The notes beneath the pieces are model-generated. The model did not search any database. It was given only the letters and a program-made list of their open reading frames with translations, and was not told the DNA's origin. A DNA stretch of 64,000 nt, from positions 1-64,000 of IMG/VR virus record IMGVR_UViG_3300028596_000009. One strand, written 5' to 3'. Both the position numbers and the translations under genes were made by a program. This document shows, piece after piece, positions 48,567 through 57,595 of the stretch. Positions within the stretch are counted from its first letter, which is position 1. The number at the start of each line of letters is the position of its first letter. The DNA comes from a virus.

Positions 48567-49174
48567 AGCCCATGCACATGAACGAGCTGCTGAACGGTGA
48601 GCTGGAGAGACTGGCCGAGAAGCTGGGGAAGAAGGATCTGCGGATCCTGGAGACCGGCTGCATCCGCAACGGCGGCGAGCAGTACCGGATCAACGACGGC
48701 TGGTCGACGTGGACGTTCGCCAAGTGGGTGCAGGCCAACGGCGGCATGTCGGTCTCGGTCGATCTGGACGTGTCGGTGGCACACATGGTCCTGATGCGTG
48801 ACGGCCTGATGGACGAGGGTCCGGGCCTGGAGCCGACGCAGGAGGGGACGATCCTGACGAAGGGCGTCGAACTCCATCAGGGCTACAGCGTGGATGTCCT
48901 GGCGAAGCTGATGGCCTCCGGCGACTGCCTGTTCGACGTGATCCTGCTGGACAGCGACAACGACCCGAACCTGATCCTGCACGAGTACTTCATCGCCAAG
49001 CACCTGCTGGACGACGGCGGCATCATCCTGATCGACGACGTCGGCGGCACGGAGGGCGACGCCACGAAGGGCGATGCGATCGTCCCGTGGGCGCAGACCC
49101 ACTCGATCCCCTACCGGACGCTGACGCGGACCGGCGACGGCTACGTTACGAGCGTCGTCGTGCTGGACGTGTGA
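48563..49174 (+). CDS. class I SAM-dependent (sugar O-)methyltransferase
   Basis: ILETGC, SVDL, FDVILLDS, L..GGIILIDD. Confidence 0.75.
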   Translation: MKPMHMNELLNGELERLAEKLGKKDLRILETGCIRNGGEQYRINDGWSTWTFAKWVQANGGMSVSVDLDVSVAHMVLMRDGLMDEGPGLEPTQEGTILTKGVELHQGYSVDVLAKLMASGDCLFDVILLDSDNDPNLILHEYFIAKHLLDDGGIILIDDVGGTEGDATKGDAIVPWAQTHSIPYRTLTRTGDGYVTSVVVLDV

Positions 49175-49181
49175 CATGAAG

Positions 49182-49211
49182 AAGCCCCGCAGACTGCACC
49201 TCTGCGGGGCT
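49182..49211. terminator. Hairpin between convergent genes
   Basis: AGCCCCGCAGA...TCTGCGGGGCT. Confidence 0.6.
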
Positions 49212-49217
49212 GTGTGC

Positions 49218-49523
49218 TCACGGGTCGACGTGGGCGCCGATGTACTCGATGTCGAGAACCTGGATCTCGCCGGTGCGGTCCCCGTAGGCCCAGACTATGC
49301 GTTCGCCGCCTGGTCCTGTGCGGATGTAGGAGATCCAGCAGTTGGCGCGCCCGAACGGCTTGCCGGTGGCCTGGTGCGACTGGAGCGAGGGGTATGCGGG
49401 TCCTTCGTTCTCCAGCAGGTTCAGGGCCTTCTTCATCTGCTTGATCTTGCCCTGATTACCGGACTTCTGGATCTTGGCCCGTCCGGCGTGGGCTCGCCTG
49501 GTGAACGCCAGTTGGAATTTCAC
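49218..49523 (-). CDS. RelE/ParE-family toxin
   Basis: L.FT..A...K..KALNLL...P.YPSL.SH...W.SY...RIVW.Y...IG.H. Confidence 0.7.
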   Translation of the reverse strand: MKFQLAFTRRAHAGRAKIQKSGNQGKIKQMKKALNLLENEGPAYPSLQSHQATGKPFGRANCWISYIRTGPGGERIVWAYGDRTGEIQVLDIEYIGAHVDP

Positions 49524-49804
49524 TCGTCCCTCATCTTGTCGAGGCGGGCGAGGTACTCCTCCAGGTTCTCGTCCAGGTCCCGCCGGATCATCTCCCCGGA
49601 GCCCGGGGTGTCGGACTGCCGCAAGATCTCGGCACCGGTCCGGCCGAACGCGGTTTCCACGGACATGATCGGCACGACTTCGACGCGGACCGGGGTCAGC
49701 TCGATGTGCCCGAAGTCGTTGATGCGGCCCTCGTACAGCCCGTGTCCGTCGGTCAGGGACTTGGGCAGGGTGGCCCGGCCCTTGGAGTCCAGCTTGATCA
49801 GCAT
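49520..49804 (-). CDS. AbrB/MazE-like antitoxin
   Basis: KLDSKGRATLPK...G.IELTP; GTGA overlap with toxin. Confidence 0.7.
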   Translation of the reverse strand: MLIKLDSKGRATLPKSLTDGHGLYEGRINDFGHIELTPVRVEVVPIMSVETAFGRTGAEILRQSDTPGSGEMIRRDLDENLEEYLARLDKMRDE

Positions 49805-49876
49805 GTCGTACCTCCTTCTTCGTGGAGGAGCAGGCTACCACCCACAGTGGTCTAGAGGGAATGAGGGATAGAGGGA

Positions 49877-50776
49877 ATGGATCTCGTGCTGGTGCCGCTG
49901 TGGAAGCGGCCGGGCTTCGCCCGCGCGTGTCTGAAGCGTCTGTCGGCCGCCGCCGCGCAGTACGACGGGAACCTGATGTTCCGGTTGCTGCTGGACGAGG
50001 GCTACAGCCCGCTGGTGGAGAAGGAGGCCGTCGACTTCGCCACGAACGAGAACGTCTTCGCCGACGTGACGGTCCGGCCCAAGCGGTACGGGCGCGGCAA
50101 CTCGTACAACATCATGAAGGCGCTGGCCGACGCGTCGACCGGACCGTGGAAGCGGGTGCACATCGTCGAGGAGGACATCTTCGTCTCCGACGGCTACTTC
50201 GACTTCCACCGCCGCACCCACGCCCTCGCGGGCGACTCGGTCTTCGCCATCTCCGCCTGCCGCAACCAGAACGAGCCGACGCCTGAGCCGGGCGCGCCGC
50301 ACCTGCGGTGGTGGAGGTACGCCGACGACGAGAAGATCCCGGACGAGCACTGGGAGACGGTGTGGCGGCACACCTCGTACCAGTCGCTGGGCGTGTCGCT
50401 GCCGATGGACTCGGTCCGGGCGGTCGTGCCCCACGTGACGGACAAGTACTTCTTCGACCCGGTCGGCTACTGCCGGAAGTACTTCCCGGGCTCCGAGATA
50501 CCGGCGCCGCACGCGGAACAGGACGGTGTGCTGAACCGGCTGCGTGAGCGGGCGGGCATGTCGACGGTGTATCCGGTGGCGCCGAGGGCGTACCACGCGG
50601 GGTTCACGGGCTACAACCGGGCGGGGGTCGCGGCGATGGACGGTTCTCCGGCGGAGCAGGCGGAGGCGTTGCTGAGGATGAACTCGGCGGAGCTGAACAG
50701 CATGGCGTCACACGAGTTCCGTGACCATGAGGTGGTTCCGCTGCACACACTCCGGCCGGTGCGGCGTATGGTGTGA
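49877..50776 (+). CDS. GT-A glycosyltransferase, GnT-I/GT13-like
   Basis: VPLWKRPGF, VEEDIFV..GYFDF, YPVAPRAYHAG. Confidence 0.7.
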   Translation: MDLVLVPLWKRPGFARACLKRLSAAAAQYDGNLMFRLLLDEGYSPLVEKEAVDFATNENVFADVTVRPKRYGRGNSYNIMKALADASTGPWKRVHIVEEDIFVSDGYFDFHRRTHALAGDSVFAISACRNQNEPTPEPGAPHLRWWRYADDEKIPDEHWETVWRHTSYQSLGVSLPMDSVRAVVPHVTDKYFFDPVGYCRKYFPGSEIPAPHAEQDGVLNRLRERAGMSTVYPVAPRAYHAGFTGYNRAGVAAMDGSPAEQAEALLRMNSAELNSMASHEFRDHEVVPLHTLRPVRRMV

Positions 50777-51203
50777 GTGCTGCCAGGGGCCGTGGGCTTC
50801 TGGAAGCGGGGCCGGAGAACCTGGGGCAGACCGGGTTCCCGGCCTCGCGCTTTTCCCCGGACATGCTCGCGGCGGAGCCGGATGATTCCCCCCAAGGACC
50901 GACTCCGCCGCTGTGCAACGAGGCGAGCGAAACGTAGCACGCACCCGTTCGAAAACACCACTCTGACCTGTGACGTTTCATCAGGTCCCGGAAAAGCGGA
51001 ACGGCCCGCACCAGGAAGGTGGGGCCGTAACCTGCGCAAGCTCATGACCTGCGTCGTGCAATACATCTAGAAGAGAAGCCGCTCGGGGAAGTTTGCGAGA
51101 CGAAACCGGGCGGTTTTCTCGTGGCAGGGAAGTTGGATAAATCTTGGCGACCCCCTACCATGTGCCGACTGTACCAAGTGGCTTCCTGTCGGTCCAGAAC
51201 CCG

Positions 51204-51467
51204 TCAGACGAGCTTCACCCAGTCGGCGCCGATCCAGTGGATCAGGGAGATCGACTTCAGCTCGCGCAGGTCGTCGTCGCTGTAGTCGAAGTCGTCGAGG
51301 CCGGTGACCTTCACGTCGTCGAACGCCTGGCAGGTGAGCCGGACGAGGGCCACGGTCGCGGACGGGCTGACGCCGCTCCTCAGGACCGACATGCCAAGGC
51401 GGCCGATCGAGTCCGCGTGGCTGGTGTCGTTGAGGAAGCCGACGGTGTTGATCCGGGTGGTGCTCAT
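51204..51467 (-). CDS. hypothetical protein
   Basis: RBS AAGGAG on - strand. Confidence 0.65.
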   Translation of the reverse strand: MSTTRINTVGFLNDTSHADSIGRLGMSVLRSGVSPSATVALVRLTCQAFDDVKVTGLDDFDYSDDDLRELKSISLIHWIGADWVKLV

Positions 51468-51567
51468 CGTTTTCTCCTTCCGTGCCGCGCGTTTCGCGAC
51501 AGGAGGAGCATGTCGTTTCCCGCTGACGGACGGTGCCCACTACTGGGCACGGAGTACGTGACGGCGG

Positions 51568-51813
51568 TCACGTCCGGGCGGCGGTCACGCAGGCGTCGAT
51601 GAACGCGGTCTGGTCGGTGTCCTCGTCGTAGAGGTCGATGGACCGGGAGATGCAGGCGGCGTACTGGTCGGCGCTGACGCCTTCGTAGTCGACCGGCGCT
51701 CCGGGGTTTCTGATGGTCTGCCCGTAGTCGCGGCCGACGTCCTCGGGGGCGGTTCCGCATCCGGCGAGGAGGAGAAGAAGGGCAGCGACGGCGGCAGGGC
51801 GTATGAGTCTCAT
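51568..51813 (-). CDS. small lipoprotein
   Basis: Signal peptide MRLIRPAAVAALLLL plus lipobox LAGC. Confidence 0.7.
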   Translation of the reverse strand: MRLIRPAAVAALLLLLAGCGTAPEDVGRDYGQTIRNPGAPVDYEGVSADQYAACISRSIDLYDEDTDQTAFIDACVTAART

Positions 51814-52033
51814 GGTGTCCCGGTTCCGATCTTGACAGGTGATCGGAAGACTATCGGTGCACATGGAAAAGCCGGGTGATGTAAGCCTGTGAACCGACGC
51901 GCCAACATCGATCCACACATCACCCGGCTGGATGCAGCCACCCTAGGTGCCAGTAGAGCCTAGAGGGGGTTTCCCGAGGTGAACCTAGCAGGAACCGAGC
52001 CGGTTTCCAACCCGGTCCCTACCGGTTTTCGAA

Positions 52034-53308
52034 CTAGACCTCGGTGCGGAGGAGGTCGTTGGCCTTCCGGCGGTTCTCGTCGGCCTCGCGCCAGGCCCTG
52101 AGGGCGGAGGTCTCGGTCTCCGGCGGCTCGGTCATCTTGAACCGGGTGGCCACGGCCTGGCGGCACAGGGCCCTGGCGGTGAGCGCGTCGGTGGTCTCGA
52201 CGACGTCGTTGCCCTTCATTGCCGTCTTGGTGCGGGGGCCGGTGGCGGCCTGGGTGTTGCAGAAGAAGCAGCCGCCGTTGACCGGGTCCTTCTTCGGCGC
52301 CTGCTGGTGACCGGGGTGGTTGCACAGGGGGACGACCGGCTTGGGCGCGTCGGGCAGGCCGCCGAGGTGCCGGGCGTACCAGGTGGGCACGGCGCCGGGG
52401 TTCTTGGCCTTGGTCGGGTCGATGAGGGGCTTCAGCCAGGTTCGGAGGGTGTCCTCGGTCCACCCGGCGTCGAAGGCTTCAACCACCGATTCGGCCAGGA
52501 AGCCGTAGGAGCCGTTCTGGAGGCCGTTCAGGCCCGGGAGGGTCCCCAGGAACCCCAGAGCCCCCAGCAGGGCCTCCTGGACCCCGTCAGTGGCCTCCTC
52601 GAAGGCAGCCCGCCCGGCGCTCCACTCCTCCGGCGGAGCCGAGGGGGTGTGCTTGTCGTCCCTGCCCTTCATCTCCTCCTCATCCTCCAGCGGCGCCTCC
52701 GGCGTCGCGTCGTGCGAACCCGCACCGACGGAGGAGGGAGGAGGAGGAGTGTTCTTGCCTGCCTTCAACGGAGTAAAGGCATGGTCTTCTACGAAGGGAG
52801 TCTTCTTATGTGCCCGATCGGCCTGACCAGGATCAGCCTGATCAGGAAAACCGAGGATAGGTACAAATCCCCCACCCTCCACCTGTGCAGGAAAATCGCA
52901 TTCAGGCTCTGACCTGGGCGTTTCCTTGGCGGGCTCCGAGATTTCCAGACCCTTGGCCAAAAGTTCGTTCAGCGCGGGAAGTCCCTGCGGCATGTCGGTC
53001 AGCAGGTAGACGGCCTGTCCCAGGTGACCCTTCTCGTTTCGCTCGCGATCACGCCTCAGGTAACCCAGCTTCTCCAGCTCGGCCAGGCCGGTGGAGACGG
53101 CATTCGCACCTCCAAGCCCAGCCGCCACCATGGCGGCCACCGAGAATCCGAACCCGTCTTCGTGCGTGAGCGACCACGCGAGGATCCCGCGCGCCTTCGC
53201 GCTGAGACGGCGGTCGCGGAGGGCGCCGTTGTAGATCTGGGTGAAGTGCTTGCCGATGACATCGGCGCCCATGGGGCCACGCTTCAGGCGGCCCGGGTAA
53301 CTGCTCAT
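52034..53308 (-). CDS. HTH replication initiator-like protein
   Basis: FTQI.N..LRD.RLSAKARGILAW...L.ELE..GYL.R; central Pro-rich linker. Confidence 0.7.
   Translation of the reverse strand: MSSYPGRLKRGPMGADVIGKHFTQIYNGALRDRRLSAKARGILAWSLTHEDGFGFSVAAMVAAGLGGANAVSTGLAELEKLGYLRRDRERNEKGHLGQAVYLLTDMPQGLPALNELLAKGLEISEPAKETPRSEPECDFPAQVEGGGFVPILGFPDQADPGQADRAHKKTPFVEDHAFTPLKAGKNTPPPPSSVGAGSHDATPEAPLEDEEEMKGRDDKHTPSAPPEEWSAGRAAFEEATDGVQEALLGALGFLGTLPGLNGLQNGSYGFLAESVVEAFDAGWTEDTLRTWLKPLIDPTKAKNPGAVPTWYARHLGGLPDAPKPVVPLCNHPGHQQAPKKDPVNGGCFFCNTQAATGPRTKTAMKGNDVVETTDALTARALCRQAVATRFKMTEPPETETSALRAWREADENRRKANDLLRTEV
52822..52895. repeat. Three CCTG-NN-CAGGA palindromes inside the initiator gene (candidate iterons)
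   Basis: At 52822, 52837 and 52882. Confidence 0.5.
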
Positions 53309-53462
53309 CAGTACCTCTTTCGGTGGAGAGGCACCGCAGCTCACGTGGTTTGGCACGCGTCAAGCGTGGTACGTTCCGGGTGGTCGGATGTCCCGGATCC
53401 TCGTGATCTGCGGTGCCAAACTCTAAGGGCTCAGGAGTGCGAATCCTGGGCCCTTTGGCATG

Positions 53463-53744
53463 TCAGAACTTGTTGGGGGTGTTCGTCGGAATGTACTCCG
53501 TGAACACGATCTTTCCGTTCCCGTCGAGCGTCCTCTTGCGCAAGAGGTAGCCCGCCTCCTCCAGTTCGATGAGCGACGTCCTCACCGACTCGGGGCCGCC
53601 AAGTCCGGCCTCCTTCATCCTCTTCATGGACACGAACAACTGGCGCTCCCGCGCCCAGAGAAGCCACACAAGGACCCCCCTGGCCTTGGCGCTCAGGTTC
53701 TTGTCGGTGATCGCGGTCTCGCTCACGAGTACGGGCTTCGGCAT
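53463..53744 (-). CDS. short paralog of the initiator N-terminal wHTH
   Basis: LSAKARGVLVW...ELEEAGYL. Confidence 0.7.
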   Translation of the reverse strand: MPKPVLVSETAITDKNLSAKARGVLVWLLWARERQLFVSMKRMKEAGLGGPESVRTSLIELEEAGYLLRKRTLDGNGKIVFTEYIPTNTPNKF

Positions 53745-53799
53745 GTCTTCCTCCCTTTCCGGTGATCACCATACAGACCGACCTGGATCTTGGGTAGGG

Positions 53800-53843
53800 G
53801 TGGTCGGATTTCCGTCTACCCCCGTGACGTGGTCGGATTTCCG
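53800..53843. repeat. 15-bp direct repeat GTGGTCGGATTTCCG x2
   Basis: 53800-53814 and 53829-53843, in a divergent intergenic region. Confidence 0.7.
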
Positions 53844-54017
53844 GCCCCCTATCTTGACCTGCGGTTTTGTGCGGAGAGTGGCAGGTCGACTACAGGACGA
53901 CCCGGCGTGTTGTGACGGGGGTCACATGAGCACATGAACGCCCAGGTCAACCGGCCGTTACGGTTCATATACACCCCGTGAATCCCCGATTCCGGGTGCC
54001 CAGAAACGCCTTGGCGG

Positions 54018-54047
54018 TTGTCTAACGTCTCGACCCGATGCTAGCTT
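54018..54047 (+). promoter_or_regulatory. Candidate housekeeping promoter for the right arm
   Basis: TTGTCT-18nt-TAGCTT. Confidence 0.4.
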
Positions 54048-54096
54048 GGTCATCGTCAAAGCGACACGGCAGCAACAACAAACGAAGGAGACAGAC

Positions 54097-54219
54097 ATGG
54101 GCTGGAAGGACTGGACGTCCAGCGGCGCCGAGAGCACCGAGACGATCGAGCAGACCGTCCGCGACATGCACGACGAGCAGGACGACGGCCCCCTCCCGGG
54201 CACCGAGGACAACAAGTAG
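54097..54219 (+). CDS. small acidic peptide
   Basis: RBS AAGGAG; MGWKDW... Confidence 0.55.
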   Translation: MGWKDWTSSGAESTETIEQTVRDMHDEQDDGPLPGTEDNK

Positions 54220-54281
54220 TTCGCCACCGGCAACGGGGCGCCTGTCCACCGAGACGGGCGCCCCACCAGGAAGGGAACACC

Positions 54282-54761
54282 ATGAACTTCAACATCGTCA
54301 CCTTCGCCCTGGCCAAGGGCTACGCCGCCGTCACCGGGGCACACAAGGAAACCCACGGTGGCACGGACCCCGCGCTCTCCGTCTACAACCACCGGCGCTC
54401 CGTCTTCGCGGCGAACCGGGGCGAGAACCCGAGAATGGCATCCCGGGCCACCGGCTCTGCGGGCGTCGCCATCGACAAGAAGAACCTGTCCGGCGCCATC
54501 TGGTTCGCCGACGACTACGCCACCGAGTACCAGGCGGTCGAGGAGAACCTCATCCACGTCCGAGGCGGAGGCAACATCTACTTCGCGGACCTCGTGCTCG
54601 GCATCCCGCAGCTCATCGCCGCTGTGCCGGTCGGCGTCTGGTCGATGAAGGAGGAGGAGGTCAGCTCCTACCTCTCCATGGGCAGCGTCCTGGCGTCGGG
54701 CTCCAGTCCGGGCATCGCCTACCAGGAGGCCGTCGTCGCCCTGAAGAAGCTGCGCGCATGA
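54282..54761 (+). CDS. hypothetical protein
   Basis: RBS. Confidence 0.75.
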   Translation: MNFNIVTFALAKGYAAVTGAHKETHGGTDPALSVYNHRRSVFAANRGENPRMASRATGSAGVAIDKKNLSGAIWFADDYATEYQAVEENLIHVRGGGNIYFADLVLGIPQLIAAVPVGVWSMKEEEVSSYLSMGSVLASGSSPGIAYQEAVVALKKLRA

Positions 54762-55009
54762 ACGACGAAACTCCTCCGTTCCGGTTCAGAGCCGAGCGGA
54801 CCATCCACGTCGGACTCCACGAGCGAGGCGTGCAGGCACTCGACCAGATCACCCAGATGACCGATCTGGTCGAGGAGGACGCGGTGAACATCGCCCTCCA
54901 GGCATACGCCCTGATCGTCGAGAAGCTGAAGGAAGGCAGCGACGTCGTCTTCCGTCACCCCGAGGGGCCCAACAGCAAGCTGTCGATCTCCTACTGGAGC
55001 GAGCCGTGA
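54758..55009 (+). CDS. ribbon-helix-helix-like DNA-binding protein
   Basis: RTIHVGL...ALD.I..MT.....DAVN.AL..Y. Confidence 0.55.
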   Translation: MNDETPPFRFRAERTIHVGLHERGVQALDQITQMTDLVEEDAVNIALQAYALIVEKLKEGSDVVFRHPEGPNSKLSISYWSEP

Positions 55010-55356
55010 TCGAGACCCGCAACGGTGAGGTCATCAACCCGAACCGGCCCCGCTGGATCGAGCACAGTGACATCCGGCGCCGTACCGACGTCACGCCCTA
55101 CCAGGCAACGACCATCCGCGACGCCATGGCGCGGGGCAGCCAGGTCAACTACTTCACAGGAGTCGACGACACCCGCCCCGGCAGCAGACCGGCGGTCCGC
55201 GAGACCGACCTCACCGTCTTCCTGTGCCCTCTTCTGAGGATGGGCCGCTACGCGGTCCGTGTGCAGTGCGAGACAGGGTGGTGGATCCGGGACTTCGAGT
55301 CCGAAGAGGCCGCTATCACCTACCAGAACTCCGAGCGCAACCGCCTCGCCATCTGA
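55006..55356 (+). CDS. hypothetical protein
   Basis: GTGA overlap. Confidence 0.65.
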   Translation: MIETRNGEVINPNRPRWIEHSDIRRRTDVTPYQATTIRDAMARGSQVNYFTGVDDTRPGSRPAVRETDLTVFLCPLLRMGRYAVRVQCETGWWIRDFESEEAAITYQNSERNRLAI

Positions 55357-55369
55357 CAGGAGAACATCC

Positions 55370-56518
55370 ATGAACGAGCCCACCTTCTACAAGGTCGACA
55401 CCGACATCGACGCGCTCTACCCGTACGACTCGCTCGATGACCACACCGTCCTGCACATCACCGACCAAGTGTGGGGCGACCCGCTGGAGGACGGCGGCGA
55501 CTTCTACGGGCAGAACGTGGCGCGGGCCAGCGACGAGGAGCACACCCGCTGGACCGAGGCGTACCAGACCTTCCTGACCAACATCGGTGAGGTCGCCGCC
55601 CGCCGTGACGCCGCCCAGGAGGCGTACGAGAAGGCCCTGAAGGAGTGCGAGGAGGCAGCGGGCACCATCTGGGCCGCCTACAAGGGCACCGTCGACCGGA
55701 TCCAGGCCCGCAACGACGAGGTCGAGGGGATGCGCGAGGCGCACCGTCTCAACGAGATCTCCAAGCAGGAGATCGCCGCGAAGATGGCACAGGACGCCGA
55801 GGACGCCGAGCTGGGCCCCCGGACCTGGGTCACCTACCACCCGAACTCGTCCGAGGTGAAGGTCTCGCCGACCATGCTCCAGCCGGTGATCCACCTGGCC
55901 GTGTGCCCGATGGTCGCCGACAAGGTCGACCGGAACTACCAGATCAAGTACCACTACGCCCGCCGGGACAGGGTGCAGGACGTCCTGCTCGAAGGCGCCC
56001 CGCTGATGAGTGACGGGCGGGCCACCCGGGACCGTGTGCCGACCAAGCTGTGCGGCCGGTGCAAGCCCCACGCCAGCCTGAGCGAGGCGCTGGGCGAGGT
56101 GTTCGACAACTGGCTCGTCGAGGTCGAGTCCGTCCAGGAGCCGATGCCGAAGACCGGCACGTACAGGCAGGTGGAGTTGCTCGCGGGGAAGCTCGGGCTG
56201 GCTGACGAGTGGAGGGACGTCTCTCGTCGCAAGGACGGGTACACCATCGTGTTCGACCGGTCCTTCCGCGCCGAGCGCCTGATCGAGCCGTACGAGCTGC
56301 TGCTCGGCTGGTCCATCTTCGACGAGTACGGCAAGTCCGTGGTCAGCATCGATCACGAGGACAAGCTGGAGCGCCTGATCGAGGAGCTGCCTGCTCGTGG
56401 GTTCATTGCGCGGCACATCAACGAGCCGCAGTCGTACCGCACGGACGGCCGCCAGTGCCTGTCGTCGGTGGCCGTGCGCCGGATGACGAAGCACGAGATC
56501 CGGATGTACAAGGGCTGA
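55370..56518 (+). CDS. hypothetical coiled-coil/Zn-binding protein
   Basis: RBS AGGAG; H...C and CGRC. Confidence 0.8.
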   Translation: MNEPTFYKVDTDIDALYPYDSLDDHTVLHITDQVWGDPLEDGGDFYGQNVARASDEEHTRWTEAYQTFLTNIGEVAARRDAAQEAYEKALKECEEAAGTIWAAYKGTVDRIQARNDEVEGMREAHRLNEISKQEIAAKMAQDAEDAELGPRTWVTYHPNSSEVKVSPTMLQPVIHLAVCPMVADKVDRNYQIKYHYARRDRVQDVLLEGAPLMSDGRATRDRVPTKLCGRCKPHASLSEALGEVFDNWLVEVESVQEPMPKTGTYRQVELLAGKLGLADEWRDVSRRKDGYTIVFDRSFRAERLIEPYELLLGWSIFDEYGKSVVSIDHEDKLERLIEELPARGFIARHINEPQSYRTDGRQCLSSVAVRRMTKHEIRMYKG

Positions 56519-56588
56519 CCAGCCCGCGTTTACCGGGCGCCTGGACCGAACCGGGCGCCCGGCCCCACACCACTGAGAGCGGAGCGGA

Positions 56589-56816
56589 ATGGCCATCACG
56601 ATCGGAAGTGACCCGTACCACCGGCCCCGGAGGACGGCCCTGATCACCGTCCACCTCGCGTGCAAGTGCACCACCAAGACGCGGGTCGTACCGTTCCACG
56701 GCGCCAAGTTCGGATGCGGTTCAGGTCTGGGGCATGGCTACCAGGTCGACTGGGTCCAGGCGGAGCAGCCCAACGGAATCACGATCATCAACAGGAAGAT
56801 GCGAGGAGAGAAGTGA
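56589..56816 (+). CDS. Zn-ribbon protein (paralog of 57377)
   Basis: CKC...CGSGLGHGY. Confidence 0.7.
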   Translation: MAITIGSDPYHRPRRTALITVHLACKCTTKTRVVPFHGAKFGCGSGLGHGYQVDWVQAEQPNGITIINRKMRGEK

Positions 56817-57103
56817 TCACCTACGACGACGAGCCGGTCCTGTGCACCTTCGAGTCCCGGCCCGGAACGCTGGAGACGCCACCGGAGTACTGCGACGAGG
56901 AGGTGGCCGAGACCGACGAGTACTGCCCGACTCACCGCCAGCTCGTGGCCGACATGGAGGCGCTGGAACTGTGCCGCTGCGGTCACACCTTCAAGCAGCA
57001 CCAGGGTCCCGAGGGGCTGGGCGGCGCGCAGTGCAAGGTGTGCCCCGGCGACTCCGAGCGTTCCTGGCGCCACCCCTTCACCCCGAACGATCAGGAGGAC
57101 TGA
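56813..57103 (+). CDS. Cys/His-rich protein
   Basis: CRCGH...H...C..C. Confidence 0.65.
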   Translation: MITYDDEPVLCTFESRPGTLETPPEYCDEEVAETDEYCPTHRQLVADMEALELCRCGHTFKQHQGPEGLGGAQCKVCPGDSERSWRHPFTPNDQED

Positions 57104-57104
57104 C

Positions 57105-57377
57105 ATGAGCAAGCACATCCTGCGCCACGACGCCGCGACGATAACGCCGGTGAAGTGCCTGAAGTGCGGCGACATGATCGTCTACAACGGCAACTTCTAC
57201 TGCAACTCGATGGACGCGATCGGCTTCGACAAGGAGAAGCGCGACATCTACATCATCCCGGGATCGTGCGACTGGGCCCTCCAGCAGCCGCCTACCCGCC
57301 GCAAGGACCGCGAGATCGAGATCGCTCTGCATGCGGCGGGCCGGTACCCCAGCAACGAGTACCTGATGGAGGACTGA
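57105..57377 (+). CDS. Zn-ribbon protein
   Basis: CLKCG..IVYNGNFYC. Confidence 0.7.
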   Translation: MSKHILRHDAATITPVKCLKCGDMIVYNGNFYCNSMDAIGFDKEKRDIYIIPGSCDWALQQPPTRRKDREIEIALHAAGRYPSNEYLMED

Positions 57378-57592
57378 TGGCCCGCAAGGTTGCGCGAGTG
57401 TCAGTCCGCGATGTCGAAGTGACTCTCATCTGCGGCTGCCGAATCCTCCTCTGTGAACGACCGAACTCTCCAGGCTCCAAGCTCGCATGCCCGAACAAGC
57501 TGGGCCACGGCTACAACCTCGAATGGGTCAAGTGGCGCGACGTCAACACCGAGGCGTCCGGCGACAACCCCATGAGTACGAAGGAGATCTGA
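57377..57592 (+). CDS. Zn-ribbon protein (paralog of 56589)
   Basis: CGC...CPNKLGHGY. Confidence 0.7.
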   Translation: MARKVARVSVRDVEVTLICGCRILLCERPNSPGSKLACPNKLGHGYNLEWVKWRDVNTEASGDNPMSTKEI

Positions 57593-57595
57593 ACC

